A stretch of 64,000 nt of DNA from assembly GCA_016206155.1 (NCBI GenBank), contig JACQSC010000004.1, positions 217,910-281,909 of the forward strand, read 5' to 3'. The DNA comes from Candidatus Uhrbacteria bacterium. GTDB taxonomy: Bacteria; Patescibacteriota; Patescibacteriia; JACQRZ01. Within the stretch, counting starts at the first letter, position 1. The number at the start of each line of letters is the position of its first letter. Positions 26,614 through 36,900 of this stretch are shown here, piece after piece. The notes below the pieces were generated by a model. The model searched no databases. It was not told the origin of the DNA and saw only the letters and a program-made list of their open reading frames with translations. A program made the translations under genes and the position numbers.

Positions 26614-28375
26614 AAGGCTCCCTAGGAATGAAAATAATCATTTCATCGTCGCGATAGGCCTCGCTAAATTCTGGAATTCCCAGAATTTTTTCTTGCAGCC
26701 CTTCATTGAGGTGCGTGATAACGACTGCCGACGGGTTAAATGTTGCGACAAGCTTCTCGGTTTCTGCGCGTTCGGCTCGAGGCGTGCAAGCAAAAAAGAG
26801 TGATCGCGCATCATGCTTTGAGTCTAAAGACGACGAGGCGGCGGTGCACAGCCCTCGATATCCGAACGTTTCTGCAAGATCATTGCCTTGCGAAAACGCG
26901 GTGTACTTCTTTGCTCGCTCAGGATTTTTTTCATACAAGAAGCGGGGATCAAGGCCGGAAACATAGCCATACTCGGGGGCATGATAGTAGAACAGGGGAA
27001 AGTCATCCCATCGATTGTGGACAATGCGTCCGCCCGCCGGAATGGTATCTGCAAGCCAGCGCATGCCGTTAGCATACTGAGAAAAACGATAGCCGCTTTG
27101 AAAATCAGCGGTAACGGACGAGATGCTTGCGCCGATAATTACGGGCGCCGCAAAGAAAAAATAAAGCACGATCATGCCGCGCGCCGTTCGCGGAGAGCGA
27201 AGCGATTCTTTGATATATCCCCAGAGGTGCAGAAAAAGTTCTTTTGAAAAGAGCGGGGCAAGGACAAGGCTTGAGAACAATGTCGCAAGCGGCGCGAAAT
27301 ATTCGCCATAGCGCCGCGATTTAAGCGTGAGCGCAAAAAAGAGAACGGTCATGACGAACATGAACCACTGCGCATAGGTGCGGCGCAAAGGGGGGGTGCG
27401 GAAGACCGCCACAAAGAGCCCGGGAAACAAGAAGGCGCAAAGGGAGAATACAAGCAGCATGAGTGTCGGCCCATGAAGCGGAATGAACGAGACGCCGGCA
27501 GAATACCATTCACTTCCGACCGGAACGTCGGTTAAGATGTTTACAATTGCGATCTTGAATGTTTGGATCCAGTAAAAGAAGACGTTGGTTGGAAAATACG
27601 GATTGATGATAAGACCGGCAAGAGCGCCGGAGAGCGATGCAAGAGGAAGTGCTACGTTTTTTTGTGAGAAAAGACGCGCAACGATATTGCAACTTGCAAC
27701 TTTTAATTTGCAACTTTCAGTCGGAGAGCCCTTAAAGTTTAAAGTAGAAAGTTGAAATTTTTTTGTATCAATTGATATGCGAAAATCAGAGAAGGCGCGC
27801 ACGATCCAGGCGATGGTCGCTGACAACGGGAGTAATGGCCATCCGGCGTAGAGCCAGACATAGAGGAATGAAAGGCCAAAAAGATGAGCCGGGCGATTTT
27901 TTAGGATTGCATAGATGCCTGCAAAAAAAACGATGAGCGAGACAGCGGGGATTTTTGCAAGGTTTATGCGGAAAAGAAACACGCTGTTAAGCGCCAAGAG
28001 CACAAGAAAAAAAAGAGCGCAGGAGCGCGACTGATGGGTGGCGCGGCGCAAGAGCCAGTAAAAGAATGCAAGAAACAGCGAGGCAAAAATAACCGTTGAA
28101 ATCTTGATGCCAATCAAGGGGTTGAAAAACGTAACAAAGGGAATAAGGAGAACGTGGTAGAGAAAATGATGATCAATAAAAACGTCGGACAGCGCTGTGT
28201 CGGGAAGGGCGGAAAAGGAAATAATCGGCCCGCGCACCATGTCTGCCGCGATGCGCGCATGATAAAATGAGTCTGGGTCTGGGAAGAATGGGTGTAGCTG
28301 GAGAAGAGAAAGTAACAGAATGCTGGCAAGAAATACCGGCACATACTCAAATTTTCGCAAAATATAAAGAATCAT
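26612..28375 (-). CDS. ArnT/PMT-like GT-C fold polytopic membrane protein
   Basis: DPDSFYHARIAADM loop motif after TM1 and more than 10 hydrophobic helices. Confidence 0.45.
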   Translation of the reverse strand: MILYILRKFEYVPVFLASILLLSLLQLHPFFPDPDSFYHARIAADMVRGPIISFSALPDTALSDVFIDHHFLYHVLLIPFVTFFNPLIGIKISTVIFASLFLAFFYWLLRRATHQSRSCALFFLVLLALNSVFLFRINLAKIPAVSLIVFFAGIYAILKNRPAHLFGLSFLYVWLYAGWPLLPLSATIAWIVRAFSDFRISIDTKKFQLSTLNFKGSPTESCKLKVASCNIVARLFSQKNVALPLASLSGALAGLIINPYFPTNVFFYWIQTFKIAIVNILTDVPVGSEWYSAGVSFIPLHGPTLMLLVFSLCAFLFPGLFVAVFRTPPLRRTYAQWFMFVMTVLFFALTLKSRRYGEYFAPLATLFSSLVLAPLFSKELFLHLWGYIKESLRSPRTARGMIVLYFFFAAPVIIGASISSVTADFQSGYRFSQYANGMRWLADTIPAGGRIVHNRWDDFPLFYYHAPEYGYVSGLDPRFLYEKNPERAKKYTAFSQGNDLAETFGYRGLCTAASSSLDSKHDARSLFFACTPRAERAETEKLVATFNPSAVVITHLNEGLQEKILGIPEFSEAYRDDEMIIFIPREP

Positions 28376-28430
28376 ATGATGGAATCATACGATTCTTTTG
28401 TTCATTGAGCAAATGTCCTGTCGTTCTGGG

Positions 28431-28547
28431 GGCGTACGGAGTTTGATGCAATTCAAGGCGTCGCCGAGAAACGCAGTAAGGCGTACACAGCAGTACGGTG
28501 TCGAGTATCGCAGGCGACAACGCAGAAGTGCGCTAACTCCGTACGCC
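28431..28547 (-). repeat. Structured element 'type B', copy 1 (sense strand is minus, downstream of gene 28552..29322)
   Basis: Terminal stem ggcgtacggagtt/aactccgtacgcc. The core aligns at about 80% identity with the reverse complement of 30150..30269. Confidence 0.55.
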
Positions 28548-28551
28548 CTCG

Positions 28552-29322
28552 CTACTCCGCGAAGGGGCTCAGTTCGGAGTACAGCATATGCTGCGCTGAA
28601 ACGGTCTCTATTTTTTCCGGATCGTCACCACTGCTGACAAAGACAAACATGCCCTCTTTCATCTGATCGAGAGATCCCGGTTCGGGTGCGAAGAGCGGTG
28701 CGGTAAGATTGTCCTTTTCCCGCGGGTTTTGATAAGTATATTCGGTGTCAGCGCTCACGCGGACAACAAAGGCCTTGGCCTGTCTTGGCTTTTCTTCACC
28801 TCTCTCGAGGGGAAGAGGAGGTAGGAGCTCTTGCACGATGACGACGTCTTTCTCTTTGGAAAGAATTGTTCCGTAGAACCCAAACTCTTCTTGTTCGGGA
28901 ATGCTATCATTTTGCGCCACAGTTGAAGGAAGCGTAGGCGTGGCTGGGTTATTCCCTGATAGCGGCGCCGCATAAGAGTATTGCGAGGATTGAAACTTGG
29001 CAACGATAGGAGGAAGAATCACAAAGCCCAAGAGCAGCCCAAGTGTAATGGTACCCGCAAGACACACAACACCTCCGTAGAGAAAGCACTCAGTTGATGT
29101 TATTGCCCGCTGTTTTGCCTGCACACGAATGTGGGGGGCGGACGGTGCGGATTTGGGAGGCGCCGCAGGAGGCATGACATCTGAGACTGTGGTGGAAGGA
29201 GTTTTTTTCTTTCGCGCAAGTGGCGCGCGTCGAGGCGCCCGCTTTTTCTTTGGACGTTCTTTTGTTGGTTCTGCGGTAACGGACGGCGCGGATTGCGTCG
29301 GAGTTGTTTTGCGACGAGGCAT
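28552..29322 (-). CDS. hypothetical membrane-anchored protein with a basic N-terminus
   Basis: 256 aa, K/R/P-rich N-terminus, one TM segment, and no recognisable motifs. Confidence 0.4.
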   Translation of the reverse strand: MPRRKTTPTQSAPSVTAEPTKERPKKKRAPRRAPLARKKKTPSTTVSDVMPPAAPPKSAPSAPHIRVQAKQRAITSTECFLYGGVVCLAGTITLGLLLGFVILPPIVAKFQSSQYSYAAPLSGNNPATPTLPSTVAQNDSIPEQEEFGFYGTILSKEKDVVIVQELLPPLPLERGEEKPRQAKAFVVRVSADTEYTYQNPREKDNLTAPLFAPEPGSLDQMKEGMFVFVSSGDDPEKIETVSAQHMLYSELSPFAE

Positions 29323-29443
29323 AAAATAATTTACGATTTTAGATTTGCAATTTAAGAATTATAGCACATTATCTTTATATTATCACGTGCGGGTGTGCAT
29401 AACCTTTACAGCGCGCGCAGAGCGTGTACTATATTGGGGTATG

Positions 29444-29579
29444 CCCCGCACTTAAGAACGATTGTTGCTCATTAATTCATCCATACGTTTATGATGCACG
29501 CCGCTATTATTATTGATCAAGCGATTTTCTCCGTGTATACACGACGCAACACGAGGATGAATCGTTCTTAAGTGCGGGG
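29444..29579. repeat. MITE-like element with 20-bp perfect terminal inverted repeats, inserted at the ruvA start codon
   Basis: CCCCGCACTTAAGAACGATT at 29444..29463 and AATCGTTCTTAAGTGCGGGG at 29560..29579, flanked by direct repeats TATG (GGGGTATG). Confidence 0.5.
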
Positions 29580-29580
29580 T

Positions 29581-30147
29581 ATGATTGGCTATCTTCAAGG
29601 AACTATTATTTTCAAGGAAGACTCATTGATCATTCTTCTCGTTGGCGGTGTTGGGTATCGTGTATTTCTTCTTGAAAGAAAAATAAACGCACACGCAGTC
29701 CACAGTGAGTGTTCTCTATTTATCTTCCCGTATGTTCGCGAGGGTAATGTGGAGCTTTATGGATTTGACCACCATGATGACCTTCACGTATTCGAGCGCC
29801 TTATCTCAGTTTCGGGAGTGGGTCCCAAGTCGGCGTTTGCAATTTTGCGCCTAGCGTCATCAGATGATATTTGCATTGCCATTCAGCGCGGAGACGCCGA
29901 TCTTCTTAAAAAGGTTTCCGGCGTCGGGAACAAAACCGCACAGCGCATTATCATTGAATTGAAGAATGTATTTGACCGTACACGCGAGGAGGTGGGGAGT
30001 GTCGGAATGGATTCCCAAGACCTTGTTGATGCATTGGTGCGCCTTGGCTATTCACGCGTCGCTGCGCGAGAAGCGCTCTCTCATGTTCCAGCAACTGTCG
30101 AAACACCGTCAGAGCGCATACGCCACGCCTTGAAATATATTCAATGA
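29581..30147 (+). CDS. ruvA: Holliday junction DNA helicase RuvA
   Basis: N-terminus MIGYLQGTII and the helix-hairpin-helix region VSGVGPKSAFAIL...VSGVGNKTAQRIIIEL. Confidence 0.85.
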   Translation: MIGYLQGTIIFKEDSLIILLVGGVGYRVFLLERKINAHAVHSECSLFIFPYVREGNVELYGFDHHDDLHVFERLISVSGVGPKSAFAILRLASSDDICIAIQRGDADLLKKVSGVGNKTAQRIIIELKNVFDRTREEVGSVGMDSQDLVDALVRLGYSRVAAREALSHVPATVETPSERIRHALKYIQ

Positions 30148-30149
30148 TA

Positions 30150-30269
30150 CGACTTACGCAGTTGGCACATTTCTTTGTTGCCGCCTCCGGTACTCGACAC
30201 CGTACCACAGAGTACGCCTTACTCCGTTCCTCGGCGGCGCCTAGAACTGCACTCAACTGCGTAAGTCGT
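30150..30269 (+). repeat. Structured element 'type B', copy 2 (sense strand is plus, downstream of ruvA)
   Basis: Terminal stem cgacttacgcagttg/caactgcgtaagtcg, with internal hairpins ggtac-ucgacacc-guacc and gagua-cgccu-uacuc. Confidence 0.55.
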
Positions 30270-30313
30270 GTTAATGAATCAATTTTGTATTCAGTAGCGC
30301 ACACCAACAATAC

Positions 30314-30385
30314 GCCCCCGTAGTTTAATGGATAAGACGCAGGCCTCCGAAGCCTGAAATAGAGGTTCGATTCCTCTCGGGGGCA
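30314..30385 (+). tRNA. tRNA-Arg (anticodon CCG)
   Basis: Cloverleaf read by eye: acceptor gcccccg/cgggggc, anticodon loop cuCCGaa, T-arm gguucgauucc. Confidence 0.75.
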
Positions 30386-30590
30386 AAAAGGAAAATACGG
30401 GAAAAGGGGATGAGTGGTGCGCATGCAGATAGTGGAGGAATATGTGGATAACCTGTGGGCAGTTTGTGATTTCTGTTGATACAATAAATGACTCAAAAGT
30501 TATTTTTTTGAGAACGATAGAGAAAAAACACCGATTTTCCTTATATTTGTAAGCATTTTCAATAATATGCGTAAATTCCGCCCAATGCTC

Positions 30591-30619
30591 TTGACAGGGG
30601 GTTGGTTTTGTGATATTTT
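30591..30619 (+). promoter_or_regulatory. candidate sigma70-like promoter for rpoB
   Basis: TTGACA at 30591..30596, followed about 15-17 nt later by a tgtGATATTTT extended -10-like sequence. Confidence 0.3.
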
Positions 30620-30752
30620 TACAAAGCTTTTTTGAAAATCACGAACCCGTGCTTGTTTTTTTGATTTACTCTCTCCTCAAAAATTCATGTATTCTTTCAA
30701 GTAATTGAACAAAAATACTCACCGCCCATCACTCGCTGGTGAATTTTTTTTT

Positions 30753-33700
30753 ATGCCACGCAAGAGTACGCGCAGCTATTTTACAACAAAGCACGAAGTT
30801 GTCCCCCTTCCCCATCTTATCGAGGTACAGATGGATTCTTTTCGCTGGTTTCTTGATACGGGGTTGCGCGATCTCCTAGACTGGGTTTCACCCATTCGGG
30901 ATTTTACCGGAAGAGATCTCGAGCTTTCATTCGTCGATTATTATTTTGACGAGTCGAAGTTCGACCAACAGACCAGCCTTGCAAAAAATCTTACTTATGA
31001 ATCTGCCCTGTGGGTAAAGTCTCGTCTTGTCAATCGACGGACAAATGAGTCAAAAGATCAAGATATTTATCTTGGAGACTTTCCGATTATGACCGATCGG
31101 GGAACCTTCATTATTAACGGCGTCGAACGCGTTGTTGTTTCTCAGCTTATCCGGTCTGCGGGTGTGTTTTTTTCCTCAGAGCCCGCGAAGGGGTCGCAGC
31201 GGCGGCTATATGGGGCTAAGCTTATCCCGAATCAGGGCGCGTGGCTGGAGTTCGAGACCGATGAAAATGATATTATCTCTGTCAAGATTGATCGCAAGCG
31301 AAAGGTGCCAGTCACAACATTTTTGCGCGCGTTGGGATTGTTTGATACCGAGGAGATAGAAAAGCGATTTACAGACATTGATACGGATCCCGATCATCGC
31401 TACCTTGAAGCAACGCTTGCCAAGGATCAGACCGACGACGAAGTGGCCGCCCTTATCGAGGTGCACAAGCGCATTCGCCCAGGTGATCTTGCAACGCCGG
31501 ATAATGCGCGACAGCTGATTCATGACATGTTTTATCGCTTCGATCGCTATGATTTGGGACGCGTTGGGCGCCACAAAATGAATCAGCGGTTTGGGCTTGA
31601 TTTTTCCCCAAAGGAAAAAGAAGATCGGATTCTTAAAATCGACGACGTTGTTGCGATTGTCCGTGAAATCATTTCCTATAACATTTCTCAGGCCGATGCC
31701 GATGATATCGACCACTTGGGCAACCGACGCATTCGGGGCGTTGGTGAACTGATTCAGAACCGTTTTCGCGTCGGCCTTGACCGCATGCGCCGCATTATTC
31801 GCGATCGCATGAGTACGCTTGATGTTGGCAGTCTGTCGCCGACAAAATTGATCAACGCGCGGCCGGTCATTATTGCGGTGAAGGAATTCTTTATGTCTTC
31901 CCAACTCTCGCAGTTCATGGATCAGACCAATCCGCTGTCTGAACTTGAGCACAAGCGCCGCATCTCCGCACTGGGTCCCGGCGGTCTTTCTCGGGAGCGC
32001 GCAGGGTTTGAGGTGCGCGACGTGCATCCAACGCACTATGGGCGCATCTGTCCCATTGCAACGCCGGAAGGTCCTAACATCGGTTTGGTCGGACACCTCT
32101 CTTCACACGCCCGCCTCAATGAATTTGGATTTATTGAAACGCCGTTTCGAAAGGTTGTATTAGAGAAAGACGGGCGAAAACGAGCAACAAAAGATGTGGC
32201 CTATCTCGATGCATTTGCCGAAGAGAAACATATTACGACCTCGGCAACTGTGCCTCTTGACGAGAAGGGATATTTTACGACCGACAAGGTCGAGGCGCGA
32301 AAATACGGACAGCCAGCGCTGGCGTCAATTGATGAGGTTGAATATATGGATGTTGCGCCCAATCAGATCGTGAGCGTTTCAACATCTCTCATTCCGTTTT
32401 TGGAACACGATGATGCCGCCCGCGCGCTTATGGGATCGAATATGCAGCGCCAGGCGGTTCCGCTAATTCGTCCGCAAGCGCCGGTTGTGGGAACGGGTAT
32501 CGAAGCGCGCGCGGCATATGACTCCGGGCGCATGCTTATTTCAAAACATCAGGGAACGGTCGTCGGTATTGAAGCGGACCAAATTACCATCCAGACCGCG
32601 GAGGGAGACGTTGTTGATTATCCGCTTGAAAAATTTTTGCGGTCAAACGCATCAACATGCATCAATCAAAAACCGCTTGTCGCAAAGGGCGACGTGGTCG
32701 CTGTTGGCGATTCGCTTGCCGACGGTCCTGCCATTGAAAAGAGCGAATTGGCGCTCGGGCAAAACGTGCTCGTTGCGTTTATGTCGTGGGAGCTTGGCAA
32801 CTACGAAGATGCCATACTTATCTCCGAACGACTTGTCCACGACGACCGATTCACCTCCATTCATATTGAGAATTATCCCATTTCAGTCCGTGACACCAAA
32901 CTGGGACCCGAGGTGATTACCCGCGACATACCAAATGTCAGCGAGGAAAAATTAAAGGATCTCGATGAAGACGGCATTGTGCGGATCGGCGCGGAGGTTT
33001 CTTCGGGCGATATTCTTGTTGGAAAGATTACGCCAAAAGGTGAGACCGAGCTTTCCCCGGAAGAAAAGCTTCTCAGGGCGATTTTTGGAGAAAAGGCAAA
33101 GGACATTCGCGACTCTTCACTCTATCTCGAACACGGCGAACACGGGAAGGTCATCGATATAAAGATTTTTTCTCGCGAGAACGGCGACAAGCTGCCGGCG
33201 GGAGTTCTTAAAACCGTTCAGGTGACGGTTGCTCATCTACGCAAGATTCAGGTTGGTGACAAGATGGCCGGACGCCATGGAAACAAAGGTGTTATTTCCC
33301 GCGTCGTTCCTATCGAGGATATGCCAGTGATGGAGGACGGTCGTTCTATAGACATTATTCTCTCGCCGCTTGGCGTTATCTCTCGTATGAACCTGGGGCA
33401 GATTCTCGAGACTCATCTTGGCATGGCGGCGCGTTCGCTGAATATAACTGTTGCCTCGCCGGCGCTTGACGGTATTCCCGAAAGCGTACTCAAAGAGCAA
33501 CTCGCACGGGCCGGATGGACAACGGATGGCAAGCATCAATTGGTCGACGGCCGTACCGGCGAACAATTTAAAGAAAAGACCGTTGTCGGAGTCATGTACA
33601 TGATGAAATTGATTCATATGGTGGAGGACAAGATTCATCAGCGATCCATCGGACCCTACTCTCTGATTACCCAGCAGCCGTTGGGCGGTAAAGCGCAGAG

Positions 33701-33962
33701 CGGCGGGCAGCGTTTTGGAGAGATGGAAGTCTGGGCGCTCGAGGCATATGGCGCGGCGCATACCTTGCAGGAAATTTTGACGATTAAGTCCGACGATGTC
33801 ACCGGACGCTCAAAGGCGTACGAATCGATTATTAAAGGAGAGCCGATAAAGAAACTTAACGTCCCCGAGGCATTTAACGTTCTTGTGCGGGAGCTCAAAG
33901 GCCTCGGACTGGACGTTGAATTGAAGAAGTCCAAAGCGTCCGCTGAGCAGGACGACGAATAA
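30753..33962 (+). CDS. rpoB: DNA-directed RNA polymerase beta subunit
   Basis: Diagnostic rpoB motifs. Start chosen at MPRKSTRSY. Confidence 0.95.
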   Translation: MPRKSTRSYFTTKHEVVPLPHLIEVQMDSFRWFLDTGLRDLLDWVSPIRDFTGRDLELSFVDYYFDESKFDQQTSLAKNLTYESALWVKSRLVNRRTNESKDQDIYLGDFPIMTDRGTFIINGVERVVVSQLIRSAGVFFSSEPAKGSQRRLYGAKLIPNQGAWLEFETDENDIISVKIDRKRKVPVTTFLRALGLFDTEEIEKRFTDIDTDPDHRYLEATLAKDQTDDEVAALIEVHKRIRPGDLATPDNARQLIHDMFYRFDRYDLGRVGRHKMNQRFGLDFSPKEKEDRILKIDDVVAIVREIISYNISQADADDIDHLGNRRIRGVGELIQNRFRVGLDRMRRIIRDRMSTLDVGSLSPTKLINARPVIIAVKEFFMSSQLSQFMDQTNPLSELEHKRRISALGPGGLSRERAGFEVRDVHPTHYGRICPIATPEGPNIGLVGHLSSHARLNEFGFIETPFRKVVLEKDGRKRATKDVAYLDAFAEEKHITTSATVPLDEKGYFTTDKVEARKYGQPALASIDEVEYMDVAPNQIVSVSTSLIPFLEHDDAARALMGSNMQRQAVPLIRPQAPVVGTGIEARAAYDSGRMLISKHQGTVVGIEADQITIQTAEGDVVDYPLEKFLRSNASTCINQKPLVAKGDVVAVGDSLADGPAIEKSELALGQNVLVAFMSWELGNYEDAILISERLVHDDRFTSIHIENYPISVRDTKLGPEVITRDIPNVSEEKLKDLDEDGIVRIGAEVSSGDILVGKITPKGETELSPEEKLLRAIFGEKAKDIRDSSLYLEHGEHGKVIDIKIFSRENGDKLPAGVLKTVQVTVAHLRKIQVGDKMAGRHGNKGVISRVVPIEDMPVMEDGRSIDIILSPLGVISRMNLGQILETHLGMAARSLNITVASPALDGIPESVLKEQLARAGWTTDGKHQLVDGRTGEQFKEKTVVGVMYMMKLIHMVEDKIHQRSIGPYSLITQQPLGGKAQSGGQRFGEMEVWALEAYGAAHTLQEILTIKSDDVTGRSKAYESIIKGEPIKKLNVPEAFNVLVRELKGLGLDVELKKSKASAEQDDE

Positions 33963-33974
33963 TCAAACCAACCT

Positions 33975-36900
33975 ATGCCTCCACGCGAAGAACGAAAAGA
34001 CGCAATTCAATCCCTCGATTTTGACGCAATCCGCCTCAAGATCGCAAGCCCCGATGACGTCAAGCGATGGTCATACGGCGAGGTTACGCGCCCCGAAACC
34101 ATTAATTACCGAACCCAGCGTCCCGAGAAGGACGGGTTGTTTTCGGAGCGCATTTTTGGTCCGACAAAAGATTGGGAATGTTATTGCGGCAAGTACAAAA
34201 AGATTCGATACAAAGGAATTATCTGCGACAAGTGCGGCGTTGAGGTTACGCGATCGATTGTCCGCCGCGAACGCATGGGGCACATCGAGCTCGCCACACC
34301 CGTGTCGCACATTTGGTTTTATCGCAGCGTCCCCTCAAAGATCGGACTGATGCTCGATATGTCGGTTGCCGCGCTTCATAACGTCATCTATTTCGCGCAG
34401 TTTATTATTATGGATGTGAATGAGGAGTCTAAGAAGCAGACGATTGAGTCTGTGCGCGAAGAGTACAAGAGCACAAAGAAGAATTTTGAAAACGAGTGCA
34501 ACATGAAGATGAACGCCGTGCGAGCAAAGGAATCAAAGGCGGCGGCAAAGGAAGAGAAAGCCGCACTGGAAGGGGAAATGAATGCAATCGCGCGCCAGCG
34601 GGACAAAGAGCTTACACGCCTTGAGGAGAACCTCCACGCCGTTGAAGAAGAACTCAAAAGCATCAAGCCAATGGCATTCCTTTCCGAGAGTAGATACCGT
34701 GAATTGTCCCTGCCTTACGGACACTTGTTCGAGGCCGGTATCGGTGCGGAGGCCATTCGAAAACTTTTGGAGCGACTTGATCTTGACGCGCTTGAGCAAC
34801 AACTCAGCGAAGACGTTGAAAACGCCCAAGGACTGAAGAAGGAAAAGCTCGTACGTCGCGCAAAGCTTGTGAAGAGCTTTCGGGCAAACGGCATACGTCC
34901 GGAGTGGATGATTATGACCATGCTTCCCATCATCCCCCCGGATCTGCGCCCGATGGTTGCGCTTGACGGCGGACGGTTCGCAACATCCGACCTGAACGAT
35001 CTGTATCGCCGCGTTATCAATCGCAACAATCGCCTCAAACAGCTTATTGAGCTGAAGGCGCCAGAAGTGATTGCGCGAAACGAAAAGCGCATGTTACAGG
35101 AAGCGGTTGATGCGCTGATTGATAATTCTGCGCGCCAAGGAAAAACGGTCATGGCGGCGACCGGACAGAAGCGCACCCTTAAGAGCCTTGCCGATATGCT
35201 GAAAGGGAAGCGGGGCCGCTTCCGCCAAAACCTTTTGGGGAAACGTATCGACTATTCGGGACGCAGTGTTATTGTTGTCGGCCCCTCGCTCAAACTTCAT
35301 CAATGCGGACTTCCAAAATCAATGGCGCTCGACCTTTTTAAGCCATTTGTCATGAGTCGCTTGATTCAGGACGGGACCGTGTACAATGTTCGAAGCGCAA
35401 GCCGCTTTATCGAGAGTGGCCGCGACGAAGTGTGGGATATTTTGGAAGACATTGTCAAGGAAGCGTTCGTGCTTCTCAATCGTGCGCCAACACTCCACCG
35501 CCTTGGTATTCAGGCCTTTAAGCCCATTCTTATTGAGGGTAAGGCAATCCAGGTTCACCCTCTTGTGTGTCCTGCGTTCAACGCAGACTTTGACGGTGAC
35601 CAGATGGCGGTACACGTTCCTCTCTCCGATGAGGCGCGGCGTGAAGCTGCCGACATCATGCTCTCTTCGCATAATCTTTTGAAGCCGGCAAGCGGACACC
35701 CGATCGCAGTTCCACAGCAAGACATTGTATGGGGCGCTTTCTATATGACCTATATCCAGGATGGCGAGGACTCTATTCCTCCTCAGGAACAGATGAAAAA
35801 GTTTTGCCATGAGAACGAGGCGGTATCGGCATACCTGATGAAATTAATCACACTTCAGGAGCCGATTCTCGTACGGTTTGGCGAGACAACACGCGAACGC
35901 ATGAGCGATGCGGACAAAAAGGACACGCGTCGCACGACCACGGTCGGACGCATCTTGTTTAATAACATACTTTCGCCAGAGATGCCGTTTTACAACGCGC
36001 GCATTGATAAGAAAACCATGGGAGAACTCGTCGCAATATCGCTTGAGCGATGCGGTATTGAGCGGACGGCGGAGATGCTTGATAACATTAAGGAGGTGTG
36101 CGCAAAGTATCTGACTGAATCAGGGTTATCCTTCGGCATGGACGATATTCCCGTTCTTCCCCAAAAGAAAGAGCTTATCGCAGAGGCGGAGGCGCGCATC
36201 GACGAGGTTCAGAACCAGTATGACATGGGGCTTCTCACATTTCATGAGCGAAAAAACAAAGTCATTTCTCTGTGGACTGAAACGAGAGAAAAAATCGCGC
36301 GCCTTTCCAAGAATTCTCTTGACGTGCGCGGATCCGTTTACTCTATTATCGAATCCGGCGCTCGCGGAACGTGGGCACAGCTCAATCAGATCATCGGTAT
36401 GAAGGGGCTCTTAACGAACCCATTGGGAGAGATCATCGAGCTCGCCGTGAAAAGCAGTTTTAAGGAGGGTCTTGGGGTGCTCGAATATTTTATTTCAACG
36501 CACGGTGCGCGAAAGGGGCTGGTTGATACTGCGTTGCGCACCTCAAATGCGGGGTATCTTACGCGTCGGTTGGTTGATGTCGCTCAAGATGTGGTCGTGA
36601 ACGAGGCGGACTGCCAGGAGAAAGAAGGATATTGCGTCACTCGAGCCGAGTGTGAACAGAATGATGTCGACCTTACGGATCGTATTGTGGGCCGGTGCGC
36701 AGCGCAGGATATTAACGCCCTTGACGGCTCGTTGCTTGCGAAGCGGAATGAATTAATTACCAAGGAGCTTGCCAAGACAATAAAAGAATCGGGATGCACA
36801 GAGGTTGCGATTCGCTCCATCCTTACCTGCCGGACTGCGCGCGGCGTTTGCCAGAAATGTTACGGTCTCGATTTGGGAAAAAACAGCTTGGTGGTTGCAG

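Noticed and set aside
31206-32096. 296-aa minus-strand ORF inside rpoB
   Set aside because: Antisense shadow ORF of a highly conserved gene.
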